DNA from: a bacterium
Lineage (GTDB): Bacteria > Patescibacteriota > Dojkabacteria > SC72
Assembly: GCA_021463465.1 (NCBI GenBank)
Contig: JAJTYH010000003.1
Location: 275,549 to 339,548, forward strand
Length of the DNA stretch: 64,000 bases
Direction: 5' to 3'
The translations under genes were made by a program, and so were the position numbers. The notes under the pieces are model-generated. The model was given only the letters and a program-made list of their open reading frames with translations. It searched no databases and was not told where the DNA came from. Position 1 is the stretch's first letter, and every line of letters starts with the position of its first letter. This document shows positions 19,880 through 28,923 of the stretch, piece after piece.

Positions 19880-21001
19880 ATGAGTTTGAGACCTTTTTCA
19901 GAGCTAAGAGTTGCTTTCATTACCGATTCAATGACGGCATTTGGTGGAGCAGATCGTGAACTTATAGCCTTATTGAAACTTTTTCCAAATTCTGTCATTT
20001 TCACCTCTGTCTATAACAAAAAGGCTTACAATATTACTAATGAAGTAAGGATAAGTTTTTTACAGAAGATACCTATACTGAGGCGACACCTGAGTTTTCT
20101 GACGCCTTTAGCTTTTGAGCAGTTCGATTTGAAGGGTTATGATTTAGTGGTATCACTTAGTGCAGGTCCAGCAAAAGGTGTTGTAACAAGGGTTTATCAG
20201 CCACATATAGGAATTATACTTACTCCTCCGCGCCATCAGTGGGATAGAGAGATAAATGCTAGAGGGTCAATACTTTTCAGAATATATCAATTGGGTTCTT
20301 TTTTTATCTCTCACTACTTAAGACTTTGGGATAGTATAGCTATTAAGCGTGTTGATCATTTCATAACAATCTCAAAGTATATTCAGTCCAAAGTTAAACA
20401 TGTTTACAATCAGGATTCTGAAGTAATCTATCCTGGAGTCAGTGAATATTGGTTTGAAAAACCAACTTCGAAAGAACTATCTGCTGTTAAAGATAAATAC
20501 CGACTCCCTGATGATTTTATTTTGTCAGTCGGTCGGCTGTATGATCATAAGCGGGTTGATTGGGCTATAAAGGCATGTATGGAAAACAAACAACATCTCT
20601 GCATAATTGGAAGCGGTCCTGATGAAAAGTTTCTTAGAAAAATGAGTAAAGGAAGTGAGTATATCCATTTCTTGGGACATATACCTGATGACGAGATGCG
20701 AGCGACCCATGCTTTAAGTGAAGCATTTGTTTTCCCGGCGGTAGAAGACTTCGGATATGTTACGGTAGAGGCGCAAGCACAAGGCAAGCCAGCATTAGTT
20801 TGTGCTGAAGGAGGGTCAAAAGAGATTGTGGTTAACGGCAAAACAGGGGCCACATTTAGGACTATGGATGAGCTAAATGATTTGGTTTCGAAAAAGATTT
20901 GGAAAAGGTATAATTCGAAGGATATTGTTTTACAGGCAAGGAAGTTCTCTGAAACTAAATTTCTATCCTCAATAGAAAAATTTGTTAGAAAGATCCTATG
21001 A
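19880..21001 (+). CDS. GT4-family glycosyltransferase
   Basis: EDFGYVTVEAQAQGKPALVCAEGGSKEIV is the GT4 E-X7-E region. Confidence 0.8.
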   Translation: MSLRPFSELRVAFITDSMTAFGGADRELIALLKLFPNSVIFTSVYNKKAYNITNEVRISFLQKIPILRRHLSFLTPLAFEQFDLKGYDLVVSLSAGPAKGVVTRVYQPHIGIILTPPRHQWDREINARGSILFRIYQLGSFFISHYLRLWDSIAIKRVDHFITISKYIQSKVKHVYNQDSEVIYPGVSEYWFEKPTSKELSAVKDKYRLPDDFILSVGRLYDHKRVDWAIKACMENKQHLCIIGSGPDEKFLRKMSKGSEYIHFLGHIPDDEMRATHALSEAFVFPAVEDFGYVTVEAQAQGKPALVCAEGGSKEIVVNGKTGATFRTMDELNDLVSKKIWKRYNSKDIVLQARKFSETKFLSSIEKFVRKIL

Positions 21002-22158
21002 AATCTGATAAAAAACCTTTAAGAGTTGCGATTGTTTCTGACGCGATTGATGCTAGGGGTGGGGTTGAGAAGGTAATCTTAAGCCTGTTGAAAGCTTTCC
21101 CTAATGCAACAATTTATACCGTTCGATCTAATCGAAAGTATACCAAAGTAGAATTTCCTGGAGTTAAGATTCGAAATTCTTTTATTCAGTATATTCCTTT
21201 CGAGAAACTATTGCGCAGGGAGTTATATCTTTTATATCCATGGGCTTATCGAAGTTTTTCTTTTTTTGGATACGACGTTGTTATATCAGTATCTTCCTCA
21301 TTTGCAAAATTTATTAAACCTTGGAGGAAGCAAACGAAACATATTGGGTATATTCAGACTCCTCCGAGATTTTTTTGGATGCATGATATTCGAACTATTA
21401 AAGGTATGAGTCGATTCTCTTTCAAGTTTTATTCTTTCTTTGTCTCGACATTCTTAGAAAAGTTGTGGCAGAAATGGGATAGAAATGCTGCTAGAAAAAT
21501 AGACAAGGTGGTTGTTATCTCTAAAGAGGTACAGCGTAGGGTTAAGAAATTTTATGATTTAGACAGCGAGGTGATCTACTCCCCAGTTGAAGTCAAAGAA
21601 ATGAAATTTAACAAAGATATGGGTAAGCGTGAGAACTGGTTTTTGTACTTTGGAAGAGTGGAAACGTATAAGGGTGTTGAGTTGGCGATTCGCGCCGCAG
21701 TTCTAGCCCACAAACCGATAAAGATTGCAGGTACAGGACAGGATATGGATCGTATGCAAGAACTAGTGACGGAGTTAAACGCTAAAGGTACTGTTAAATT
21801 CCTAGGATATGTGAGTGATGAGTTGAAGCTTGAACTTTTTAGCAAATGCAAGGCCTTACTTTTTCCTGTGCAAGACGAGGATTTTGGAATTGTGCCAGTT
21901 GAGGCAAATGCTTCTGGAGGGCCGGTCATTGCATATCGTAGCGGCGGAGTTTTGGAGAGTATTTCTGAAGATAACCCTAAGACAGGTGTATTTTTCGATG
22001 AGTATACTCCCGAAGCCTTGGCTGAAATTCTAAAGACTTTCGATCCTCGGGAATTTAATCCTGCTAATTGCCGAAAACAGGCAAGCAACTTTGCCAGTGA
22101 AATTTTTGAGTACAAAATGAAAAATCTGGTGAAAGAGGTTGCTGATAATGGTAAATAG
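20998..22158 (+). CDS. GT4-family glycosyltransferase
   Basis: EDFGIVPVEANASGGPVIAYRSGGVLESI. Its start overlaps the upstream stop by 4 nt, implying translational coupling. Confidence 0.8.
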   Translation: MKSDKKPLRVAIVSDAIDARGGVEKVILSLLKAFPNATIYTVRSNRKYTKVEFPGVKIRNSFIQYIPFEKLLRRELYLLYPWAYRSFSFFGYDVVISVSSSFAKFIKPWRKQTKHIGYIQTPPRFFWMHDIRTIKGMSRFSFKFYSFFVSTFLEKLWQKWDRNAARKIDKVVVISKEVQRRVKKFYDLDSEVIYSPVEVKEMKFNKDMGKRENWFLYFGRVETYKGVELAIRAAVLAHKPIKIAGTGQDMDRMQELVTELNAKGTVKFLGYVSDELKLELFSKCKALLFPVQDEDFGIVPVEANASGGPVIAYRSGGVLESISEDNPKTGVFFDEYTPEALAEILKTFDPREFNPANCRKQASNFASEIFEYKMKNLVKEVADNGK

Positions 22159-22792
22159 AGTTATTGATGTCTGTGTTTCTCTGCTGGTTATAGTTCTGTT
22201 GTCTCCTTTTATGCTGTTTGTGGCTCTGATGATCAAGCTTTATGATGGCGGTCCAGTGTTTGCTGACAATCCTTATCGATTAGGTAAGAACCAAAGACCT
22301 TTTCTGATGTATAAATTTCGATCAATGGTGCCTAATGCTCATGAAAAGATAATGACAGATCCTAGATATTCAGCTGTGAAAAAGAAATGGATTTTGCAAG
22401 ATAAGTTGAGTATAGATGAAGATCCAAGGATAACCGGTATAGGGAAGTGGTTAAGAAGGTGTGACATTGATGAACTAGCGCAGTTTTTTAATGTATTAAA
22501 TGGCTCTATGACTTTAGTTGGACCGAGACCTTGGTTTGAACTAGAATTTAAAAAACGATTAAAAGAAAATCCGGAATGCAGTCAGTATGTTGATTCTATC
22601 TTTAGTGTCAAGCCAGGTATCACAGGTTTGTGGCAGGTTTCAGGACGAAATAGTAACACTGCCAGACAACGTTTTATGCTTGAATATCGATATGTAAAGC
22701 GTAGATCTTTCTTCTATGATTTGGGGATAATTTTGAAGACGCCTTGGGTAGTTTTACAGCATATTATTGAAGGGGAAAGATATGAGAAGTAA
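22139..22792 (+). CDS. Monotopic phosphoglycosyl transferase (PglC/WbaP C-terminal-domain-like bacterial sugar transferase)
   Basis: A single N-terminal re-entrant helix is followed by the PF02397-like core ...LVGPRPW...GITGLWQVSGR. At 217 aa it matches small PglC-type initiating enzymes. Confidence 0.85.
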   Translation: MLIMVNRVIDVCVSLLVIVLLSPFMLFVALMIKLYDGGPVFADNPYRLGKNQRPFLMYKFRSMVPNAHEKIMTDPRYSAVKKKWILQDKLSIDEDPRITGIGKWLRRCDIDELAQFFNVLNGSMTLVGPRPWFELEFKKRLKENPECSQYVDSIFSVKPGITGLWQVSGRNSNTARQRFMLEYRYVKRRSFFYDLGIILKTPWVVLQHIIEGERYEK

Positions 22793-23414
22793 GCGAGACA
22801 GGGTTTTTGTAATTAAGTCTATTAACTATTCTGAAGCAGATAAAGTGGTAACTGTTTTTGGGAGATATCGAGGGAAGTTTGCTATGCTGGCAAAGGGAAT
22901 AAGGAAACTGACTAGTAAGAATCGAGGCAATATCCAAACTTTTTCAATCTCAGACGTTGCATACTATCAGGCTTTGGGTTTACCTCTATTAATTGAGAGC
23001 GAGCAGAAAGCTTATGTGGATTTTGCGCAGTTGAAATCTGTTAATGCTCAACGGGTACTTTTGATGCTGAATAAATTGCTACCGGAGGAGGCATCTAACG
23101 AGAAACTTTTTGATAGTTTAGAAGTTATTGTTAACAAGGGGGTAACAATAGAATATGTAAATAAGTTTAGAATAATTTTCCTTATTGCCGAGGGATTGCT
23201 TTCTGATTTATCTTTATGTAGCAAGTGTGGTGATAAGACTCAGCCAATGCATATACATAAAGGTTCAATCGAATCCATCTGTAATAATTGTCTGGTAAAT
23301 GATAATTTAGAACAAGATAAATATCTGACAGCCAGTCCTCAACTTTATAGTGAAACTGATTTTACTCTGGCATTGGATAGGTATGTAAAAAAACTAATAG
23401 AAGAAACGACTTGA
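22767..23414 (+). CDS. recO: DNA repair protein RecO
   Basis: N-terminal OB-fold-like region and C-terminal Cys4 zinc motif (CSKCGDK...CNNC). The length and order are typical of RecO. Confidence 0.7.
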   Translation: MKGKDMRSKRDRVFVIKSINYSEADKVVTVFGRYRGKFAMLAKGIRKLTSKNRGNIQTFSISDVAYYQALGLPLLIESEQKAYVDFAQLKSVNAQRVLLMLNKLLPEEASNEKLFDSLEVIVNKGVTIEYVNKFRIIFLIAEGLLSDLSLCSKCGDKTQPMHIHKGSIESICNNCLVNDNLEQDKYLTASPQLYSETDFTLALDRYVKKLIEETT

Positions 23415-25228
23415 TGGTTCAAAAACTCCTCATAACAACATTACTGTTTCTGTGTGGAGTGTTACCCTTGTTCGCAGGTGAAACGGTTGTAGATATCTTC
23501 GATGTAGGTGTCGACGGTTTTATTGATGAAGATAACACTTCCGTCATCAGTTTAAACCCTACTGTAAATGAGGTGGGGATATTTTCTGACGTTTTAGTAA
23601 GAATTTTGGATAGAAATAATAACCCTATATCAGGTAGAAGCGTTGAACTTTTTGTGACAGGTAATCCTTCTGAGATAACTTTGGTTCAGCCTACTGCGGT
23701 TACAGACTCGGATGGGTATGTAGTGGGGAAAGTGAAGTCAATTGCTCAAGGTACCTTTGTTGTCCGAGCAAGGGATACAAGTTTTAGCCAGGATATTTTG
23801 ATCTCTGATTCAGATACTCTCACAGTCTTTCCTATTCCCACACCTTCAATTGCTGACGAGCCATATTATACAAAAGGTTTATCAAATAAGATTTTTTGGA
23901 GTAAACCTGATGGGCTTAGTTCCTATACTTATTATATTGAAATTTCCAAGTCTTCGAACTTCAGCACAGTGTTGAAAAACAGTAGGTGGATTTCAGAGCT
24001 CTCCTATACTTTTGAAAATTTGGATTCAGAGGAACTTTATTATTACCGTATTAAAGCCAAGAATGCGGGAGGAATTGAGAGTAATTGGTCGAGTACGGTT
24101 TTTAGTACTCAGGATGATATCCCTCCCGTCATTAATTATATTGAAATTGCTAGAATTACCTCTAGGAATATATTTTCGGGTATTTCAGTGAAGTTTGATG
24201 TCACTGATAATTTTGAAATCCTTACAGTCAAATTCTTCTGTAAGCTACAAAATGGCGATATGGAAGAGTGTGGGACGATGGAGCATAGTGGAGCACGCTA
24301 TTACTTAAACATATCCACCGATGAATTAGAAAGAGGCGGTTTCGGAGCATATCTTGATAAATATGATTTCTGTGTTGAAGGCTACGATAAAGCAGGAAAC
24401 CTGGCAAGTAACTGTAACTTTTCGATAGAAGTAGCGCAGTTTGTTGATTCTCCCGTACCTCTTTTTACTAATCTAATCAATTCAATAATCAAAGTAGTTA
24501 ATGACTATTTTAGAAATATCGGGGATACTCTCAATACTTTGTTCGCTAGTTCGCAGGAGGTTGTACTGCAGCTGTCGTCTATCCTCTTTTATCTAATAAT
24601 TATAGTCATATCGCTTTCAATTCTAGCTCAGAGTATATTTGTCGTTCCTACTTACCTACTTTTCCAGGCAATTGAGTTAATGAGAAGAATTGGAATTAAG
24701 AAACCGGGAACGAACTTAGGGTTAGTGTATGACGCCATTTCGGGTAAACCTGTTCGTTTTGCCCAGGTTAAAGTTTATGATGGTACCAACAACTTGGTAA
24801 CAGCTGATGTTACTGATAAAAATGGTAGGTTTAAAGGTAATTTAGAGGTAGGTAAGTATAGAGTTTGGGTTCAACGGGCTCACTACTTATTCCCTTCCGA
24901 ATTATATAAGGAGTATGAAGTTCCTAAATCATTAGGAAAACTATATCGTGGTGAGTTTTTTGTCTCTTCAAAGCGTAGTCACATATCACTTGCCATTCCT
25001 ATCGATCCTATCAACATATATTCCAAATTTGAAAGAGACTTCAAACTGGAGAGAAAGATGATAGGATTTCTTAAAGCTCTTGTTTTTCTTTTCCTCACTT
25101 TTGGTCTTGCAGTTTCAGCGTTTACCTTTGAGCGGTTCCCGAATATTCTTAATATGGTTTTACTTCTTATGTATATACCTGCGTTTGGAGTTTTCTTAAA
25201 GTCAGTTGTGAACTTAAAGTTTAGGTAG
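23411..25228 (+). CDS. Secreted or membrane protein with Ig/FN3-like repeats, a membrane segment and a C-terminal CarboxypepD_reg/Cna-B-like domain
   Basis: It has a signal peptide and beta-rich repeats, with a hydrophobic block near residue 390-410. The C-terminal VYDAISGKPVRFAQVKVYDGTNNLVTADVTDKNGRFKGNLEVGKYRVWVQRAHYLF is paralogous to domains in the 28924-30267 product. Confidence 0.5.
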   Translation: MMVQKLLITTLLFLCGVLPLFAGETVVDIFDVGVDGFIDEDNTSVISLNPTVNEVGIFSDVLVRILDRNNNPISGRSVELFVTGNPSEITLVQPTAVTDSDGYVVGKVKSIAQGTFVVRARDTSFSQDILISDSDTLTVFPIPTPSIADEPYYTKGLSNKIFWSKPDGLSSYTYYIEISKSSNFSTVLKNSRWISELSYTFENLDSEELYYYRIKAKNAGGIESNWSSTVFSTQDDIPPVINYIEIARITSRNIFSGISVKFDVTDNFEILTVKFFCKLQNGDMEECGTMEHSGARYYLNISTDELERGGFGAYLDKYDFCVEGYDKAGNLASNCNFSIEVAQFVDSPVPLFTNLINSIIKVVNDYFRNIGDTLNTLFASSQEVVLQLSSILFYLIIIVISLSILAQSIFVVPTYLLFQAIELMRRIGIKKPGTNLGLVYDAISGKPVRFAQVKVYDGTNNLVTADVTDKNGRFKGNLEVGKYRVWVQRAHYLFPSELYKEYEVPKSLGKLYRGEFFVSSKRSHISLAIPIDPINIYSKFERDFKLERKMIGFLKALVFLFLTFGLAVSAFTFERFPNILNMVLLLMYIPAFGVFLKSVVNLKFR

Positions 25229-25276
25229 TTTGAGATTGAAAAAAGAGTGTTATGTTGATATCATCGTGTTCGTTAT

Positions 25277-25349
25277 GGGTGTGTAGCTCAATCGGTAGAG
25301 CAAGCGGCTCTTAACCGTTAGGTTCAGGGTTCGATTCCCTGCACACCCA
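25277..25349 (+). tRNA. tRNA-Lys (anticodon CTT); no CCA encoded
   Basis: Cloverleaf folded by hand: acceptor GGGTGTG/CACACCC, D-arm GCTC/GAGC, anticodon stem AGCGG/CCGTT with loop CTCTTAA, T-arm CAGGG-TTCGATT-CCCTG. Confidence 0.85.
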
Positions 25350-25366
25350 TTTACATTGACATTTTT

Positions 25367-25852
25367 ATGGATCAATATAGGAAAGTTGCGAAATATATTT
25401 CTGATTGTCACAGAAAGTCTCTTAAAGTTGTATTACTTCATGGTGTTTTTGATTTACTGCATGTTGGCCACCTTAACGTTTTGACTGAAGCAAAAAAACT
25501 TGGTGACATACTAGTCGTTGGAGTTGATTCGGATGATCTAGTTAAATCGATAAAAGGCACGAGTCGACCAATTGTTCCATTAGAAAATCGAATGCAACTT
25601 GTTGAAGGTTTGAAACCCGTTGACATGGTTTTTGGAGTTGAATTGGATCTTAAAACAAGAGAGTTAAGAGAAGAGTACTTTCAAGAGCTATATGGATATC
25701 TAAATATTGATGTTGTAGCCTCAGGTAAGCCTGATTATTGGAGTCCAGTACAACTTAAAATATGCAATAATTTGGGTATACAGTATGTGGTTATTGGAGA
25801 TTTTGGAGGTAGCACGTCGGAAATAATTGCTCGTGTCGCTTCCAAAAGTTAA
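25367..25852 (+). CDS. Cytidylyltransferase-like nucleotidyltransferase (RfaE/HldE domain II or TagD family)
   Basis: VLLHGVFDLLHVGHLNVLTEAKKLGDILVVGVDSDD...RP carries the H-x-G-H signature and aligns well with the HldE adenylyltransferase domain. Confidence 0.75.
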   Translation: MDQYRKVAKYISDCHRKSLKVVLLHGVFDLLHVGHLNVLTEAKKLGDILVVGVDSDDLVKSIKGTSRPIVPLENRMQLVEGLKPVDMVFGVELDLKTRELREEYFQELYGYLNIDVVASGKPDYWSPVQLKICNNLGIQYVVIGDFGGSTSEIIARVASKS

Positions 25853-25892
25853 ATATGCTACAGTACAAGGATAAGTTGTAATACAAATTTTA

Positions 25893-26606
25893 ATGAAAGA
25901 GATGTTTCTATCAATTTCAATCCCAGTTTTAATTATTTCACTTGTTGTTGCTGCTGTGGTTGTGGGTATTAGAATGTTTAAAGATAAAGGAAAAAATCTT
26001 TTCACAATGAAGATGCTTTGGGTAGCTTATCTTTATATAATGTGTCTTATATCTCTTATGCTTTTCTTGTATGGAGGTATAAGATTTACAACAGCAATAT
26101 TTGCACACTATACGTCTGCACAATTTTCTTATCAAACCTATGAGTATGTAACACCAATTCCTGAACCTGGAACAGATAAACCGTTGATGGAGCCTGGCTA
26201 TGATATTTTAAAAGACCCTGATCAGAAATTGATTGAAGTCGATGGGAAGAAATATACTTACAATTACGGTGAGTACAAAGCAGATATGGTAGACGGTCTT
26301 GTTATGTTTTTTTCTCTACTAATTATTTATGCGATTCATAGATATCTTGTTTCAAAAGCAGATACGGATAAGGATTCATTTATGCGAAAAATTTATGACT
26401 TCATAGGGCTCGCTCAGTACGGTATTTTGAGTATCATTGCAATTCCAAGTGGGATTTATGCATTAGTTAAATACCTAATGGATGATATAAATCTAAGTAG
26501 CTATACTCGGCCAGTTCCTGGTACCGCAATTGCTCTATTACTATTTGTAGTGCCTGCTTGGATTATTTTCATGCTACGAATGATAAAGGAGAATAAAACG
26601 AAGTAG
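25893..26606 (+). CDS. Hypothetical polytopic membrane protein
   Basis: 237 aa with at least 5 hydrophobic helices and no recognised motif. Confidence 0.45.
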   Translation: MKEMFLSISIPVLIISLVVAAVVVGIRMFKDKGKNLFTMKMLWVAYLYIMCLISLMLFLYGGIRFTTAIFAHYTSAQFSYQTYEYVTPIPEPGTDKPLMEPGYDILKDPDQKLIEVDGKKYTYNYGEYKADMVDGLVMFFSLLIIYAIHRYLVSKADTDKDSFMRKIYDFIGLAQYGILSIIAIPSGIYALVKYLMDDINLSSYTRPVPGTAIALLLFVVPAWIIFMLRMIKENKTK

Positions 26607-26616
26607 CTTATTTCAA

Positions 26617-28038
26617 ATGAAAACTGTGCATAAAACACAAAAGTGTAGGTATTATGTTGAAGGGATGCACTGTTCTTCATGTGAAATATTGATTGAAAAG
26701 AAACTAAAAAAGCTTGAAAATATTCATGCAGTTAATGCTTCCTTGAGTAGGGGTGAGATTGATATTGAGTTTTCTGGGAAGTCTCCTGATCCTAAGTTAA
26801 TTGATCAGATGTTTCTTGATAATGGTTATACTTTTTCACTTAACCCCAAAAGTGCACCGCCTCTACCTTTTTTGTTCAAATTTGCTGAGGGTAGGCTTAT
26901 TTTCAGTAAAAGTGGACTTTTCAGTGCCTTTAAAGGAAGCTTTTTAATATTGTTGATTCTCATGGGCGTTCTACTTATTGATGGCTCAAAGCTTGGGGGA
27001 TATATTTCAATTTCGAACACGTCTTCACTACCGACTTTTTTTATTTTTGGTTTGATTGCGGGTATTTCTAGCTGTGCCGCATTGGTTGGAGGACTCTTGC
27101 TTTCTGTGTCCCGAAATTGGAGTGATATGTATATTGATCAAGATACATTTTGGAAACGGAGCATTCCTTTTATACTTTTTAATCTAGGAAGGCTAATCGC
27201 ATTTGCATTACTAGGTGGATTACTCGGATATTTGGGTTTAAATCTGGGATTTGGCTTTGTACTAAAGCCAGCTGTCACCGCTGTCGTTATCAGTTTGATT
27301 TCAATTTATATGTTGATTTTAGGAATGGGTCTTCTCGGTTTTGATTTTGTGAAGAAGCTTCGATTAAGCTTACCAAAGAGAATCACCTCAAAGATTGTCA
27401 GTATGGAAGATTTGAAAGGGAAATATGTCCCATTTGTAGTTGGCTTACTAACATTTTTCCTGCCTTGCGGGTTTACACTTAATGCCCAGGCAATTGCATT
27501 AACTTCTGGCTCCGTTTTGGATTCCATGTTAATGATGTTATTCTTTGCTTTAGGAACTTTACCAATACTACTTCTAATTAGTTTTAGCTCTGTAAAGATA
27601 GCCCAAAACCCTAAACTTAATGCAACATTTAATTTTGTTGCAGGTGTAGTCGTTGTTATTTTTGCAGTCTATAATTTTAATGCCCAACTAAATGTACTAG
27701 GCTTACCAAGCTTTTCAGACTTCAAAGTTAAAAGTGTCGGAAATAGTTATACATCTATAATTAATGATTCTACGCAGCTACTAAAAACCACAGCAACTTC
27801 AGAAGGATATTCACCTTCTGAAGTGATTGTAAAAGCTGATGTACCAATCGATTGGGAAATTACAGATACAGGTGCATCAGGTTGTACTAATGCGATTATT
27901 TCAACTCAGCTTCTTGGTGATAAAAGGGTAACGCTGGTGCCAGGGGTAAATAGTGTAAAGTTACCTGCATTGAAGGCGGGAGTTTACAAATACAGTTGTT
28001 GGATGGGAATGTATCAGGGTGTAATTAAAGCGATATAG
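26617..28038 (+). CDS. Heavy-metal-associated (HMA) domain fused to a polytopic membrane domain (TauE/DsbD-like) and a C-terminal Cys/Met-containing beta domain
   Basis: The N-terminal GMHCSSCEILIEKKL shows the HMA MxCxxC motif. About 8 TM helices follow, then a C-terminal domain of about 100 aa with SGCTNAI...YSCWMGMYQGV. Confidence 0.6.
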   Translation: MKTVHKTQKCRYYVEGMHCSSCEILIEKKLKKLENIHAVNASLSRGEIDIEFSGKSPDPKLIDQMFLDNGYTFSLNPKSAPPLPFLFKFAEGRLIFSKSGLFSAFKGSFLILLILMGVLLIDGSKLGGYISISNTSSLPTFFIFGLIAGISSCAALVGGLLLSVSRNWSDMYIDQDTFWKRSIPFILFNLGRLIAFALLGGLLGYLGLNLGFGFVLKPAVTAVVISLISIYMLILGMGLLGFDFVKKLRLSLPKRITSKIVSMEDLKGKYVPFVVGLLTFFLPCGFTLNAQAIALTSGSVLDSMLMMLFFALGTLPILLLISFSSVKIAQNPKLNATFNFVAGVVVVIFAVYNFNAQLNVLGLPSFSDFKVKSVGNSYTSIINDSTQLLKTTATSEGYSPSEVIVKADVPIDWEITDTGASGCTNAIISTQLLGDKRVTLVPGVNSVKLPALKAGVYKYSCWMGMYQGVIKAI

Positions 28039-28444
28039 GCAAAGCAAACTTTTTTAATATAGCTTCCCCCTTCTCTTTACTTGGTCTGCGATTTGGGTCT
28101 TGCTGTATGATACCGACTTGCGTTAAAGCTTTCTTCCAATCGTTATCCTCCCCATTGTGTGGGATTAAATGTGTGTGTGCATGAGGAACTAGTCGTCCGA
28201 AAGTCGCACTATCAACGAACTCGTATCCTAAACCTCTGTAATGGTTCGCAATCTTGCTTACGATTTCAAAGTATTTATTTTGACCTATATCCCATACAAA
28301 ACGAACATGTTTTTTGGGGATGATTAAAGTATGTCCCTCAGTAAATTGTGAAATATCTAGTATCGCAAGATAATCGTTGTCCTCATATATTTTGAAGGAG
28401 GGAATTGTTCCACTTACTATTTTACAAAAGATGCAACTATCCAT
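28025..28444 (-). CDS. HIT-family (histidine triad) hydrolase
   Basis: The HIT motif HAHTHLIPH is present near the C-terminus. Confidence 0.8.
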   Translation of the reverse strand: MDSCIFCKIVSGTIPSFKIYEDNDYLAILDISQFTEGHTLIIPKKHVRFVWDIGQNKYFEIVSKIANHYRGLGYEFVDSATFGRLVPHAHTHLIPHNGEDNDWKKALTQVGIIQQDPNRRPSKEKGEAILKKFALPISL

Positions 28445-28471
28445 AACTTAAATATATCAAATCGTGCAATA

Positions 28472-28903
28472 ATGTGTGATATGTATCATGTGGCAATAAT
28501 GAATAAGAAGGTAGGTACGATTGAAAGGATTCTTTCTGGGATTAAAAAGGTTGAAAGTCGATGGTATGTAACAAGGAGAGCGCCATACAAGAAAATTAAG
28601 AGAGGTGAAAAGATATATTTCAAATATTCAGGTAAAGAGGTCATAGCAAAGGCAGAAGTTGAAAAAGTTATCTTTACTGACGATTTGAACATCAATAAGA
28701 TTGGTGAAATTGTAAAAAAGTATAGTAAGGAGATTGATTTTATAAACCCAAATTATACAGAGTGGGGGATTGGAAAGAAGTACGTTGTTTTAATATGGCT
28801 GAAGAGTGCTCATAAGGTGATTCCTTTTTATGTAAACAAGTCAGGTTTTGGTCTAGGAACGGGATGGATGTGTCTTAAGGAAGATCCGATGAAGAAAGTT
28901 TGA
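28472..28903 (+). CDS. Hypothetical protein, possibly ASCH/PUA-like
   Basis: 143 aa with weak resemblance to ASCH-domain small beta-barrel proteins. Low confidence. Confidence 0.3.
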   Translation: MCDMYHVAIMNKKVGTIERILSGIKKVESRWYVTRRAPYKKIKRGEKIYFKYSGKEVIAKAEVEKVIFTDDLNINKIGEIVKKYSKEIDFINPNYTEWGIGKKYVVLIWLKSAHKVIPFYVNKSGFGLGTGWMCLKEDPMKKV

Positions 28904-28923
28904 GTTTTTGTTAAACTGTTAGT

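Noticed and set aside
21576-22115. 179-aa minus-strand ORF inside the GT4 gene 20998-22158, and similar antisense ORFs at 14911-15243 and 15670-16050
   Set aside because: They are fully contained antisense to motif-supported genes with low-complexity composition and no start context.
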